Assembly: GCA_965279515.1 (NCBI GenBank)
Contig: CBDIID010000003.1
Location: forward strand, 2,976,001 to 3,040,000
Origin: Turneriella sp.
GTDB taxonomy: Bacteria > Spirochaetota > Leptospiria > Turneriellales > Turneriellaceae
DNA length: 64,000 nucleotides
Reading direction: 5' to 3'
Part shown: positions 47,662 to 58,066 of the stretch, piece by piece
Layout of the letters: every line of letters begins with the position of its first letter
Position numbering within the stretch: the first letter of the stretch is position 1
Notes under the pieces: generated by a model
The model's input: only the letters and a program-made list of their open reading frames with translations
What the model was told of the DNA's origin: nothing
Databases searched by the model: none
Translations under genes and position numbers: made by a program

Positions 47662-49626
47662 TTAAGTGAGGCCCTCCCGCAGGCGGCGCGCTTTGGCGTT
47701 CAGGGGGTCAACGGTCAGAATTTCGTCGAGCACGTAGTTGGCTTTATCGCGCTCGTTCAGCGTCGAGTAGATGTCAGCGAGCAGGTTCAGGTTCATCATA
47801 TTGGGATTCGGATCAATGCTGCGGATTTTTTCTGCATAGTGGAGCGCCTTGTCGAGATGATTCAGCCGACGCTCGGCAAATGCCGCGAGGTACAGGACTT
47901 CGGTGTCGTCGCCCTGCAATTTCAGCGATTTTTCTGCGATGCTCACCGAAAGGCTGTATTCCTTGATCTGCATCGCCAGGTTGAGCGCCGCCCGCAATGC
48001 CCGCGGCCCGGCCGAGGGGGAGTTAAATGCACGGCGCAGTAACCCAGCCGCTTCGGCTGCCTCGCCTGCGTCGACACGCTGTTTCGCGTCACGCAGCAGT
48101 GTCGAGGCGGTCTGCGCCTCTTTTACGGTGGTTTTTTCACGCGCTGCATGGTATTGCACACGCACCAATGACAGGTCGTCGGTGATTTCGCCCGATGCGG
48201 CGATGAGCTCGTACATCTCTTGCAGGCGGGCATCCGCAGTTTCGACGTGTTTCAGGAAGATGCTTTCGTCTTCATTGATCACACGCACGTTGCCTTCATG
48301 CCCCGGCAAGGCCACGTCGTCGCGGCCGTCGGAGCCCAGGATAATAATATCGCCGGGCTTGAGTTGCATGTGGTCAACGGCGATTTCGTCTTGCAGCCCG
48401 GGAGTACCGAGTTTGCGGTAATAGCTGCGGTTCTGTAGAAAGACGGCCTTGCCGTCGCGGTAGAGCACTCCCCAGGGATGCTCGGCATTCAGGTAATAAA
48501 GTTTGCCGGTATTGTTTTCGAGAACGGCGATGTAGACTGAAACCAGCATCGAGCAGTCGAAACTCTCGAAAACTTTTTGCAGCTCGAGAAAAATATTCTT
48601 GAGCCAGCGTTCGGGTTCCACATTCGTTTCGAGGCGCGTGCGTTCGATAATTGACTGGAAAACAGCGCCCAGAACCAGGGAGCCTCCCGCGCCCTGCATC
48701 GATTTGCCCATCGCGTCGGCGTTGAGGAAAACCGTCACGGGGCCCGTGGCAAACTGCAGCGAATGCGCGATCGAAATATCGCCGCCGATGCTGCGCTTGT
48801 GATTTTTGAATTCAAAATGTTTTTTCTGTTTCGTGAAAAAATCCACGTCGACGTTAAAACCTTCGTCAGCGGCATTCACTCCTAATGGATTTAACAGCAG
48901 CGAGGTCAGGTAATAATCCCCGTCTTGTTGCGTTTTGAGTTCGTTGACGAGATCAAGACTGGTTTTGAGTTTCTTTGAAGCGGTGATCACCTGCTCTTTT
49001 TCTTCCAGCAGGCTGAGTTCAGAACGGATCAGTTCTACCCGGCGCTCATAATCCTTGAGGCAGAGGAAGGTCAAAACCCCCAGATAAGGGAGCACCATGC
49101 CACCGAGAATCAATGAGCCGACGTCGCCGGCCAGAAAAAAGAAGTAGAATGTGATCGGTAAAAGCCAGGGAACAGCAAAAAGTAAAAACGTGAAACGGTT
49201 GCAGGCGAACGTGAATGCGGCCGCTCCGGTGACGCCGATAATGAGACTGAACGATGTGAGTTTCATGCTCGGATTCTTAATTTCGGGAAGCTGAAAAAAG
49301 AAACCGATGCCCATCAGCGTGGCAATGGTGAAAGCCTGGCCGTTGGCAAACATGGATTTTTTGCGGGGGTCTTGAATCCAGTCTTCGCCGAAAAAATAGA
49401 AGATAACGATCGGAACGCCTACAGCGAACTCGGCGATGAACCAGCCCAAATGGTGCTGTATGCCGGTATCGATCATCAGCATGGTATAATACAGCAGCAT
49501 CGCGCCCAGGAGGCCGACAACCGCCAGGCGCACATTCCAGAACATCTCACGCGTGAGTGTGGCCTCTACGTGCTCTACAAATTCCGGTTTGACGAGTTTC
49601 TCTATCGGACGCGCGAATATATTCAT
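47662..49626 (-). CDS. Membrane-bound SpoIIE/PP2C-type phosphatase with a C-terminal TPR region
   Basis: About 6 TM helices, then GGDI, NADAMGKS, NAEHP, SDGRDD and DDLSL, then TPR-like helices. Confidence 0.9.
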   Translation of the reverse strand: MNIFARPIEKLVKPEFVEHVEATLTREMFWNVRLAVVGLLGAMLLYYTMLMIDTGIQHHLGWFIAEFAVGVPIVIFYFFGEDWIQDPRKKSMFANGQAFTIATLMGIGFFFQLPEIKNPSMKLTSFSLIIGVTGAAAFTFACNRFTFLLFAVPWLLPITFYFFFLAGDVGSLILGGMVLPYLGVLTFLCLKDYERRVELIRSELSLLEEKEQVITASKKLKTSLDLVNELKTQQDGDYYLTSLLLNPLGVNAADEGFNVDVDFFTKQKKHFEFKNHKRSIGGDISIAHSLQFATGPVTVFLNADAMGKSMQGAGGSLVLGAVFQSIIERTRLETNVEPERWLKNIFLELQKVFESFDCSMLVSVYIAVLENNTGKLYYLNAEHPWGVLYRDGKAVFLQNRSYYRKLGTPGLQDEIAVDHMQLKPGDIIILGSDGRDDVALPGHEGNVRVINEDESIFLKHVETADARLQEMYELIAASGEITDDLSLVRVQYHAAREKTTVKEAQTASTLLRDAKQRVDAGEAAEAAGLLRRAFNSPSAGPRALRAALNLAMQIKEYSLSVSIAEKSLKLQGDDTEVLYLAAFAERRLNHLDKALHYAEKIRSIDPNPNMMNLNLLADIYSTLNERDKANYVLDEILTVDPLNAKARRLREGLT

Positions 49627-49742
49627 GGCAAAGGCTCCTATGTCATAATATCGGCAGATGGGGTCTGTAAATGCAAATTTGGACGCGTGGAGACAGCGCG
49701 TAAAGCTAAAATGAACACATGTTCACTTATGCGAATAGAAAA

Positions 49743-50039
49743 TTAAGATGGTTTCTTTTTGTGCTCGGCTTCAGTCACCACTTTGAGGCTCTTTTTGAAG
49801 TTCCATTTGCGGTAAACTGACAGCGCATCCATGCGCGCATTGGGCAGAAAAAAATAATTTGAGCCGTATTGTACGATGGCACCTTTATAGTCGGAGTGTT
49901 TGCCGCGGAAATCGACTTTACCGATCTCTTTGACCTGGTTCCAGTTTTCGACGTTCTTCAACACCGGCATCTGATAAAGATGCAACTCGCGGATGCTGCC
50001 ATCCTGCAGTGCACGAACCATCAACTGCGACCAATCCAT
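49743..50039 (-). CDS. Small hypothetical protein
   Basis: 98-aa ORF with natural composition. Confidence 0.65.
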   Translation of the reverse strand: MDWSQLMVRALQDGSIRELHLYQMPVLKNVENWNQVKEIGKVDFRGKHSDYKGAIVQYGSNYFFLPNARMDALSVYRKWNFKKSLKVVTEAEHKKKPS

Positions 50040-50105
50040 CGATATATTCTCGGAGTTTGCGAACGTGAAGTCAAGTTTTTTCAGGTATTCAGCGTTTGGC
50101 CCGGT

Positions 50106-51296
50106 TTAGAAGGTCAGGTGACCGGCGACCCGAATGAAAAAATTGAAGCGTTCGCGCCCGCGCGTGTCTTCTGCATACGTCACCGTGAAGAAGCCCTGCA
50201 CAGCATCGGTGTTCACCAGCGCCATCATCTTAAAGCCCCGGTCTTTGATGCGCATGGCCGTCGATTGCAGCAAAACCGACGAATACCAGTCTGAGGGGAA
50301 TATTACCGGCTCGAGCGGCTGTTCGCTGTAGAGGGTATAATGCCCGCCGCCGAGGAAAATGAAGTCCGCATAACCGAAACCGGCAAGCGTCTGCAGCGAA
50401 CCGTCGACGCCGGCCGTGGCGCCGCTGCGCAGGTGAAAACCTGTTGCACTGTTGCGCAGCGAAATGCCCGCTAACTGCGACTTTTCTTCATACACGGCGA
50501 CCGCAGTCAGGTATTCGCCAGCAAAGCGCAGCATGCCGAAACGGGTGTCGGTCTGAAAGTACTGCGCGAACCAGCTTGCCGAGAAGAACTGGGCGGCGAT
50601 GCCCTCTTTGGCCGCGTAAATACCGCTGGCGAGCGGACCCTCCGCGCTGCGTTTGAAAGCCAAGGCGCGCAGCGTAAAGTCGCCAGTGTACCGGCCATGC
50701 AGAAGATAGTTTCCCGTGCCAGCGAAGTCGGCGCCGCCTTTAAAACCCAAGTGCTCTTCGCGGTCACCCAAGAGAATTGCCGCCAGGGGGATCGCCTGCT
50801 GTGCTAGTTCGACGTTCTGTGTCGCGGCCCCGCCCGAGATTTTGAGCCATGCGAGCGGTGTAATGCAGAAATTTGCCGTGGCCAGGTTCTGCGCCTCGTG
50901 CTGGTAATACGCGGCCTCGGCCCCCGCGTACTTGAATACATATCCCGTGCGGATGCCGATGGGCTCGGCGAAGGCGAAATTTTTCGTCCAGGGCAGGTAG
51001 GCGCCGTTGCTGATGACAAAACCCTGATCGAGAGATTTCTCCCTCTGGCCCAATTCAAGAATGAACGGGCTTTGTGTCGAGGAATACGAAGCGACGACGC
51101 CCTGCACGTCGGGTGCCGTGAAGGCGCCGATACGGTAGGGACCGTGTTTGTAGGTGGCAACGCCAAAATCGACAGACGGGCCGATATCGTTGCGCAGCAA
51201 ACCCGTCTGTACGCTGACTTCGTGGGCCGCGATTTCCCTAAGAACCAAAAGCAGCAAAACGGCGACGAGCGCCTGTACAGATTTCATGAGCGGCAT
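50106..51296 (-). CDS. Hypothetical secreted beta-rich (putative outer-membrane) protein
   Basis: Signal peptide, Gly/aromatic-rich strands and a terminal Phe (RVAGHLTF). Confidence 0.65.
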   Translation of the reverse strand: MPLMKSVQALVAVLLLLVLREIAAHEVSVQTGLLRNDIGPSVDFGVATYKHGPYRIGAFTAPDVQGVVASYSSTQSPFILELGQREKSLDQGFVISNGAYLPWTKNFAFAEPIGIRTGYVFKYAGAEAAYYQHEAQNLATANFCITPLAWLKISGGAATQNVELAQQAIPLAAILLGDREEHLGFKGGADFAGTGNYLLHGRYTGDFTLRALAFKRSAEGPLASGIYAAKEGIAAQFFSASWFAQYFQTDTRFGMLRFAGEYLTAVAVYEEKSQLAGISLRNSATGFHLRSGATAGVDGSLQTLAGFGYADFIFLGGGHYTLYSEQPLEPVIFPSDWYSSVLLQSTAMRIKDRGFKMMALVNTDAVQGFFTVTYAEDTRGRERFNFFIRVAGHLTF

Positions 51297-52231
51297 TCCC
51301 AGTGGTGGCGCTTGAGCGCGGCCTGCGCCGCAGCGCTGAGAGCGCAGATGTCTTTTTCACGCGCGTACTGCAGCGCCTCGACGGGGGTGAGTCCCCACTT
51401 TACCAGGGTGGCGAACGCCGGTACCGTTTGCGGTTTTTTCGGCGTTGGTTTTTTTGTCTCTGCTGGTACTGCCTGCAGAACCGGTTCTGCGCTTTCGCTG
51501 TGTTCGACCTGAATACTGTAGCTGAGCGAAAATTCCCAGTAGGTTTCACTGCCCGGTGCAAGGCGCATGAGCGAGCGCAGCTGCAGATGTTCGACCGGCT
51601 TCAGCCACAGGCCTGCGCGGGCCCGCACGGAGACGGGTTCATACCCCAGAATCAATCCGCCGTATTTGCTGACGAAGGCAAAGACATTCGCCGACCAGCG
51701 GTAAGGCTGCGAATAGAGTGCTTCAAATTCCGTGTTGAATTCGAGCGGTATGCCCGGGCGAACCAGGAATGCCAGCGTGGCCCGCGTCAGCTTTGCCGAG
51801 GCGGCGATGTCTGTGCGAAAAACAGGGTGATGCCAGCTGAGGCCAGCCGCCGGTAAAAAATCGGCCGGTTCCGTGCTGCGCGTGTTCAACTTTTGCTGTC
51901 TGAAATGTGCGCCGAGGCCCAAATAAAAAGCATGATCGCCGAAACGTTTGCCCGCCTGCATCAGCGCAGCGGCGTTCGTGAGTATGCGGTCGCCGCTCAG
52001 GTCATGGCGCCGCGCAAAGACCGCATAACCCCAGTGATCGGTGGTGTCTTCGACTTCGAGACTGTCGCTCAGCGCAGCGCGGGCCGCGTTGCCGTTACCG
52101 CCGTCATGCGTCAGCCGCGCGCTCAGCGCATGCCCGGGCCGAGCGACTATCAGGTAGATAGTGGCCGCCGCAACCGTCAGAAGAAAATCCGCTAAACCGT
52201 TCCAACGGCCGCGAGAGGGTTTTTGCCCCAT
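51284..52231 (-). CDS. Hypothetical secreted beta-rich protein with a short C-terminal helical domain
   Basis: Likely start MGQKP at 52231. Strands end WEFSLSYSI, followed by a Pro/Lys linker. Confidence 0.6.
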   Translation of the reverse strand: MGQKPSRGRWNGLADFLLTVAAATIYLIVARPGHALSARLTHDGGNGNAARAALSDSLEVEDTTDHWGYAVFARRHDLSGDRILTNAAALMQAGKRFGDHAFYLGLGAHFRQQKLNTRSTEPADFLPAAGLSWHHPVFRTDIAASAKLTRATLAFLVRPGIPLEFNTEFEALYSQPYRWSANVFAFVSKYGGLILGYEPVSVRARAGLWLKPVEHLQLRSLMRLAPGSETYWEFSLSYSIQVEHSESAEPVLQAVPAETKKPTPKKPQTVPAFATLVKWGLTPVEALQYAREKDICALSAAAQAALKRHHWECRS

Positions 52232-52362
52232 ACATACTCCGCACGTTATTCCGGGGGATATCCCCCTGTACTTATTAAATACCAGAAAACGCCGGTTTTT
52301 TCTCACGCTGACATAAAAAAGCAATGTCCTTGACAGAGCCTTTCTGCGAGCACCTTTGATGC

Positions 52363-52584
52363 GTGACGAAGAAGCTGCGGTTAGAAGTGCCTGCCGAGCG
52401 CGTGAAGGAGCCCTTCATGTACCGCATGGTGACCGAGTATAACCTACAGCCGAACATTCTCGAGGCAAACCTCAGCCCCAACCGCAGCGGCTCGATGGTG
52501 ATCGAACTTTCGGGCAAACCGCAGGATATCGAGAGCGGGATCTTGTCGCTGCGCGAAGCGGACATCGATGTGGAAGAAATATAG
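52363..52584 (+). CDS. Stand-alone NIL-domain protein
   Basis: EPFMYRMVTEYNLQPNILEANL...G.MVIELSG...I..L....IDVE. Confidence 0.85.
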   Translation: MTKKLRLEVPAERVKEPFMYRMVTEYNLQPNILEANLSPNRSGSMVIELSGKPQDIESGILSLREADIDVEEI

Positions 52585-52609
52585 CTCTGCCACCCCTTAA
52601 GGGTGTGTG

Positions 52610-53368
52610 TTAAATTGCCACGAGGCCGAGCTTTGCTGAAACGAAGCTGATGATACTGAGCACGATGAATCCGGTCAGGCCCATGAGCACCCAGACGAGA
52701 ATATGGCTGAGACGGTAGATCTTATAATGGCTGTCGCTGATGTTCAGCAAGGTACGCGCGCCGAAAAAAAGCTGGCGGTAATGCCAGAATAAACCCAGAA
52801 CAATGATCGGCACGCCGACGACCGGCAAAAAGGCGCCGATTGATAAAAAACTCACAATCAACGACGAGAACAGCGCGACGCGCATGCCGCTCTGCGGCGA
52901 AAAGCGGCCGCCCGAAAGTTCTGCACTCTCTTCGGCGATGACACCCAGAATAAAAATATAGGCGGCATAGATGCCGGTGAAGACCGGCAGCGCAATGAAG
53001 GTGTGGCGCAGAAACAGCGAGAGGTTGAGATAATGCAACAGTTCGCGCGCCGCGAAGAAAAAGTAAAAGGGGATTAACAGCGGCAGGTGGTATTTGCGGA
53101 ACAAACTCCAGAATGAGCCGTGCTCTTCGCGGTTGATTTCTTCCCAGGTTTCGGGAGTATTGTGCAGCAATTTTTTCAGGCGATAGCCGATGAGTTCGAA
53201 GCCGGCCTTGGTCTCGAGGGGTAATCCACCGAGCTGCATACGGAAGTCGGGCGTAACACTCTGCACAGTTTTCTTTTCGGGTACGGTGAAAAATTCTTTG
53301 CCCGAAGATGGCGCCTTAGCGGGCGCTTTTTTCGGCTGCGGTACGTGCTTTTGCGGAACTTTGGCCAT
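52610..53368 (-). CDS. Yip1-like membrane protein
   Basis: P.ETWEEI..E followed by about 5 TM helices. Confidence 0.6.
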   Translation of the reverse strand: MAKVPQKHVPQPKKAPAKAPSSGKEFFTVPEKKTVQSVTPDFRMQLGGLPLETKAGFELIGYRLKKLLHNTPETWEEINREEHGSFWSLFRKYHLPLLIPFYFFFAARELLHYLNLSLFLRHTFIALPVFTGIYAAYIFILGVIAEESAELSGGRFSPQSGMRVALFSSLIVSFLSIGAFLPVVGVPIIVLGLFWHYRQLFFGARTLLNISDSHYKIYRLSHILVWVLMGLTGFIVLSIISFVSAKLGLVAI

Positions 53369-54582
53369 TAATCTTCTTCTTTCCGTTTCTTCTTTTTCCG
53401 TTTTTTCTTTTTTACTTTTTTCGCGGGTTCTTCGCTGGCCGCGCCGCGCTTGTGGTTCAGCAGCGCATTGGCACGGTATTCAACGCCGTTTTCTTTGTAA
53501 ACAATTTCCAGGACGCTGAGCCGTTTCTTCGAAGGCACGACGTGCACTGTCATCTTGCCGCTCTTGGGTTCGTATTCAAATTCGCGCGGCGTTGAGAACA
53601 CACGGACTTTGAAATTTTCACGGTTCAGATTTGCGGGAACCTTGAACTTGAGGGCCGTCTCGCCTTCAATGATCGCGCCCGGTTCGCTGTTGAGATAACC
53701 CAGCGGCAGCGAACGCGCGAGTGTTTTCTGTTCGAAGACTTTTTCGCTGTCGCCTTTGACGATCAGGTAGCGGCGCAGCAGGTAGGGGTTCTCACCGACC
53801 TGGTTGCCGCCGTGGAATGTCGTATGCGCCGATTCATAACCGGCTTCTTTGAGCAGGCGCAGGCTGCTGCTGTTGTAGATGCCGAAGGGATACGCGAGGT
53901 GTTTTACGTTGGCGCCGCCCTTCTCGTCAAGGTTACGCTTCGAATCGACAAACTGCGCCTTCTGCTCCGCGTCAGTCATGGTGCTGAGCATCGGGTGCCA
54001 CATCGTGTGGCTTTCGATCGCGTGGCCGGCTTTGCGCACCGCATTGATCTGAGCCCAGGTGAGCGAGCGTGGCTTGTGCGCGAAGATATAGGTGGGATAG
54101 ATAAAGAGCACGCCTTTGAAGTTATGTTTGTCGAGCACCTTCTGTGCGTGATCGACAAAGTCGTTGTTGCCGTCGTCGAAGGTCAAGACGATCGGGCGCT
54201 TGCCGTTGAACTCGAGTTTCTTTTCGCCGCGCACGTAGGCCAGCAGCTCATCAGGGAGAATGGTATAGAAGTTGTTCTCCGCCAAAAATTCCATCTGTTC
54301 GCGGAACTGTGTGGTGGTGACTGCATAGGGCGTTGGCCGCTCGCGGTATTTTTCTTCGGTGACGATCTGATGGTAACACAGCACGGGCACACCCAAATCA
54401 CTGCGCCAGTCGGAGGATGGATTTCCGCTTACAGTAGCCGGCTCAGTCTTCGGCAAAGTTTTTTTCACCTGAGGTTCGGTGTTTTTTCCGCTGAGCGGGC
54501 CGCCCTGCAGATACGCGATTAATCCCACGACGCCGAAAATCAGCACTGTCAGAAAAATGAACGCTTTATAGCGTGAATACAT
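53368..54582 (-). CDS. Polysaccharide deacetylase (CE4/NodB family), membrane anchored
   Basis: PVLCYH, LTFDDG, ESHTMWH and LAYPFG. Confidence 0.92.
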   Translation of the reverse strand: MYSRYKAFIFLTVLIFGVVGLIAYLQGGPLSGKNTEPQVKKTLPKTEPATVSGNPSSDWRSDLGVPVLCYHQIVTEEKYRERPTPYAVTTTQFREQMEFLAENNFYTILPDELLAYVRGEKKLEFNGKRPIVLTFDDGNNDFVDHAQKVLDKHNFKGVLFIYPTYIFAHKPRSLTWAQINAVRKAGHAIESHTMWHPMLSTMTDAEQKAQFVDSKRNLDEKGGANVKHLAYPFGIYNSSSLRLLKEAGYESAHTTFHGGNQVGENPYLLRRYLIVKGDSEKVFEQKTLARSLPLGYLNSEPGAIIEGETALKFKVPANLNRENFKVRVFSTPREFEYEPKSGKMTVHVVPSKKRLSVLEIVYKENGVEYRANALLNHKRGAASEEPAKKVKKKKRKKKKRKEED

Positions 54583-54679
54583 GCGACATAATTTATGCGG
54601 CGCACAGGGTGAAAAGAAGAGCGTGGAATGAATTAATTATTATTTCCGGAAGGAATAGGATTTTCTGTGATGCCCCTCT

Positions 54680-57600
54680 GTGTCGTTCCGTAAAGAAATC
54701 AACACCTATCAAGAAGGCCTCAAAGACCTAGCTGACACCGGTGGGTTGTTCGTCGAACGGGACACGGAACGGCTATTTGCCAATCTCTTAGGTGATATAT
54801 CAAAAAAGAATGGGTATTTCATCCGGTCGGATTACCGGCACACCACGGAGTCGAATACCGAAATTCGCTTTGATACCGCCGTGTTTACGGGGGTGGGCAT
54901 CGTTTACGGAATTCACGAAGCAAAGAAGCATGACGTCGATCTTGAAACAGCCATAGAAGAAAAGAAATCGGCCGGATATCCGTTCTACAACATCATATTT
55001 GAAAACTCGCATCAAGTTATACTTTTTCAAAACGGCAAACAGTACAATGGCGCTGTCGAGGTTGAGGACAAGAAGGCCTTTGAGGCGCTGCTCGAAAAAT
55101 TCTTTTCTTATACCTCAAAGGATATTCAAGAGTACAACCGCAGCCAGGCAGAGTTCTTCGAGCATATACCCGATCTGATAAAAGAGATTCGATTGTATCT
55201 CGACGAGGCGGATAAAGACAGCAAGTACAAAGAGAAGATACAGCAATTCGAAAATGTACTCAAGAAAGCGATCAATCCGAATATCACGCGTTTTGAAACG
55301 CGCGAGATCATCGTACAGCATTTACTCACCATCGATATTTTTAACAGCGTATTCAGCGAGTTCGATTTTGCGAAGTACAACCCTGTCGCGCAAGAGATCA
55401 ACGAGCTGACGTCGAGCGTGCTCAACCAAGGGATTCAAAGGAAGTTCTTGAATCGGGTCGAAGGTTATCTCAGCATCGTCAAAAAGACCGCGCAGAACAT
55501 TCGGGATTTTTCTCTCAAAAAGCAGTTTCTCATCAACTTCTATGAACAATTCTACAAGGCGTATAACCCGAAGGGCGCCGACCGTCTGGGCATAGTCTAC
55601 ACCCCCGAGCCGGTGGTGAAGTTCATGATTGAGAGTACCGACTATCTGCTCGATAAACATTTTGGCAAGAGCCTCGTCGACAGGGGCGTCGATATTTTGG
55701 ACCCTGCGACGGGCACGGGCACCTACATCTGCGCGCTGCTGGAATATCTGTTCGACCAGAAGAAGGGTAAAGAGCATATCACCAAAGTTAAGAACAAATA
55801 TAAGCATGAAATCTGGGCGAATGAGATTTCGATTCTGCCGTACTACATCGCGAGTTTGACGATTGAGCGAATTTACAGCGAAAAAACGGACGGTGAATAT
55901 GAAACCTTCGAGGGTATCATTTATCAGGACACGCTGGATAATATCACCTACAAAGACCGGCCCGATTCATACAGCAACACCGAACAACCGGCAGATGGCC
56001 TCTTCGCCGACATCAGCGAGGCAAACCTCGAACGGCGAGAGAAACTCGACAAGAAAAAAATTTCGGTGATTATCGGCAACCCGCCGTATAATGCCAACCA
56101 GCAAAACGAGAACGACAATAACAAGAACCGCGAATACCCGGTGATCGATAAGCGGATTAAAGAGACGTACATAAAAGAGAGTACTGCACAAAAAACGAAA
56201 CTCTTCGATATGTATGCCCGCTTCATTCGCTGGGCATCGGATCGGGTGGGCGATGAAGGCATGATTGCGTTCATTACCAATAATAGCTTCATCGATAGCC
56301 GGACCTTTGACGGTTTTCGCAAGATAGTCGCAAAGGAGTTCAATAATATCTACATCATCAACCTCGACGGCGACGTGCGCAAAAATACGAAACTCAGCGG
56401 GACCAAAAACAACGTTTTCGGAATACAAACGGGCGTTGCGATCAGCTTTCTGATCAAGACAGGCAAAGCCAAGAAAGCCGAGATCAAATACCATTATGCC
56501 ACGCACCCCATGGCAACGAAAGAAGAGAAATATGATTTTCTGGCGCAAAATGCCATTGCGGATATTAAATTTGAAAAAATCACGCCTAATGAGAAGGGTT
56601 ATTGGCTCGATGTCGTGGATTCTGATTTCGAAGACTTCATCCCGACGGTCAATAAAGACAAGGCGGTTAAGTCAATTTTTGAAATGTCATGTCTCGGCGT
56701 GGCAACAAATCGAGATAGTTGGGTGTATGATTTTGCAGAGGATAATCTGATAGCCAAAACCAAATTCTTTATTGAATCATATAACAAATTATTAGAAACC
56801 TATCGAGGTAAGAAGAGCAAAGATGCCGCCTTTTACTCACCAGAAATTAAATGGAGCCGTGACTTGCGAGAACGACAATTCCTGCGCGATCATTCTATTC
56901 ATGCATATAGCAAAAATAAAATTCAGATCGCACTATATCGACCGTTCTGCCGAATGTTCCAGTATGCCGAACAAAAAATGAACGATGTGCTCACTGGTCA
57001 GCATTATGCAATGTTTGGCCAAGCCCTGGATAAGTCGAATCTGGCAATATCCTTTTCTGGTCTTTCAAGTTCGCGAGATTTTCAGTCCCTTGTTCATAAT
57101 TCTCTCATTAGCTTAGATTTTCTTGAAAAGACGAACACATTCGCTTTATATGGCTATCAGGAAAAGATCCGCCGCGACAACATCACCGACTGGGCACTTG
57201 AGCAGTTTCAAAAATACTACAAAGCCCCAAAACTAACCAAGCTAGACATCTTCCACTACGTCTACGCCGTCCTCAACAAGCCCGACTACGTAGAAAAATA
57301 CAAAGTCGAACTCACACGCGACTACCCGCGCATCCCCTTCTATAAAAACTTCCATGAAATGGCAGCTCTAGGCAAAGAACTGATGCAGATGCATATCGAG
57401 TTTGAAAAGGTAGAAAAACACAAGGCAATAAAACTCGTCGAAGATAAGGCGAAGAAAAGTAAAAATGAGCTACAGCGCGTGACACCGATCATGAAGATCG
57501 ATAAGGGCGACCATTCTACGGTACACCTCGATGCCGAGACCCGGCTCGAAGGCATACCTATCGAAGCATACAACTACAAGCTCGGCCTGCGCTCGCCCAT

Positions 57601-57814
57601 CGAGTGGGTGCTCGACCAGCACCAACTCGCCCGCCCGTCGGAAAAAGAAAAACAGAACTATGGCGTAATTTTTGAGAAGTTTAATACACCTGAGAACGAG
57701 CTGCGGCGGTATGAGACGATCAGCCGGCCACTGCTCATTGATCTTATCCCACGGCTGGCGACGCTGAGTTTGAAGACGTTGGAAATCAGAGGGAAGCTAC
57801 AAGGCTTACAATGA
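54680..57814 (+). CDS. Single-chain restriction-modification enzyme: nuclease, N6-adenine methyltransferase and Type ISP-like C-terminal specificity domain, without a helicase (Type IIG-like)
   Basis: RFD...HEAK nuclease motif, GIVYTP, ILDPATGTG (motif I) and IIGNPPY (motif IV). C-terminal GVATNRD.WVY, YRPF, IFHYVYAVL, PRIP and RSPIEW. Confidence 0.9.
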   Translation: MSFRKEINTYQEGLKDLADTGGLFVERDTERLFANLLGDISKKNGYFIRSDYRHTTESNTEIRFDTAVFTGVGIVYGIHEAKKHDVDLETAIEEKKSAGYPFYNIIFENSHQVILFQNGKQYNGAVEVEDKKAFEALLEKFFSYTSKDIQEYNRSQAEFFEHIPDLIKEIRLYLDEADKDSKYKEKIQQFENVLKKAINPNITRFETREIIVQHLLTIDIFNSVFSEFDFAKYNPVAQEINELTSSVLNQGIQRKFLNRVEGYLSIVKKTAQNIRDFSLKKQFLINFYEQFYKAYNPKGADRLGIVYTPEPVVKFMIESTDYLLDKHFGKSLVDRGVDILDPATGTGTYICALLEYLFDQKKGKEHITKVKNKYKHEIWANEISILPYYIASLTIERIYSEKTDGEYETFEGIIYQDTLDNITYKDRPDSYSNTEQPADGLFADISEANLERREKLDKKKISVIIGNPPYNANQQNENDNNKNREYPVIDKRIKETYIKESTAQKTKLFDMYARFIRWASDRVGDEGMIAFITNNSFIDSRTFDGFRKIVAKEFNNIYIINLDGDVRKNTKLSGTKNNVFGIQTGVAISFLIKTGKAKKAEIKYHYATHPMATKEEKYDFLAQNAIADIKFEKITPNEKGYWLDVVDSDFEDFIPTVNKDKAVKSIFEMSCLGVATNRDSWVYDFAEDNLIAKTKFFIESYNKLLETYRGKKSKDAAFYSPEIKWSRDLRERQFLRDHSIHAYSKNKIQIALYRPFCRMFQYAEQKMNDVLTGQHYAMFGQALDKSNLAISFSGLSSSRDFQSLVHNSLISLDFLEKTNTFALYGYQEKIRRDNITDWALEQFQKYYKAPKLTKLDIFHYVYAVLNKPDYVEKYKVELTRDYPRIPFYKNFHEMAALGKELMQMHIEFEKVEKHKAIKLVEDKAKKSKNELQRVTPIMKIDKGDHSTVHLDAETRLEGIPIEAYNYKLGLRSPIEWVLDQHQLARPSEKEKQNYGVIFEKFNTPENELRRYETISRPLLIDLIPRLATLSLKTLEIRGKLQGLQ

Positions 57815-57907
57815 AAAATCTTGACCCGGGTGCAGCCCGGGATGCAACTGGCCGATAAACGAATTACAGCGTGTCTGAGACCGAAAAAGAGGCATAGAGG
57901 AGGGCCA

Positions 57908-58066
57908 ATGGCAGCATATGTTTTTCCAGCAATTCCAGAACTAACCGGTAAAGAAGCGGCAGCTTTCATCAAAAAAGCCGAAAATCCTACGCCCGTCCGG
58001 CTGTCCCCCGAAGCAGAAGCGATGTATAAAAAGCTGATTCAACAGCCCTCTACCAAGAAAGCTTGA
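57908..58066 (+). CDS. 52-aa putative antitoxin of the downstream GNAT
   Basis: Strong RBS GAGGAGG 4 nt before the ATG at 57908. Sequence MAAYVFPAIPELTGKEAAAFIKKAENPTP.... Its stop overlaps the GNAT start (TTGA). Confidence 0.65.
   Translation: MAAYVFPAIPELTGKEAAAFIKKAENPTPVRLSPEAEAMYKKLIQQPSTKKA

Noticed and set aside
57821..57907. 81-aa version of the antitoxin ORF starting at TTG 57821
   Set aside because: The strong RBS precedes ATG 57908, and the TTG coincides with a -35-like TTGACC.
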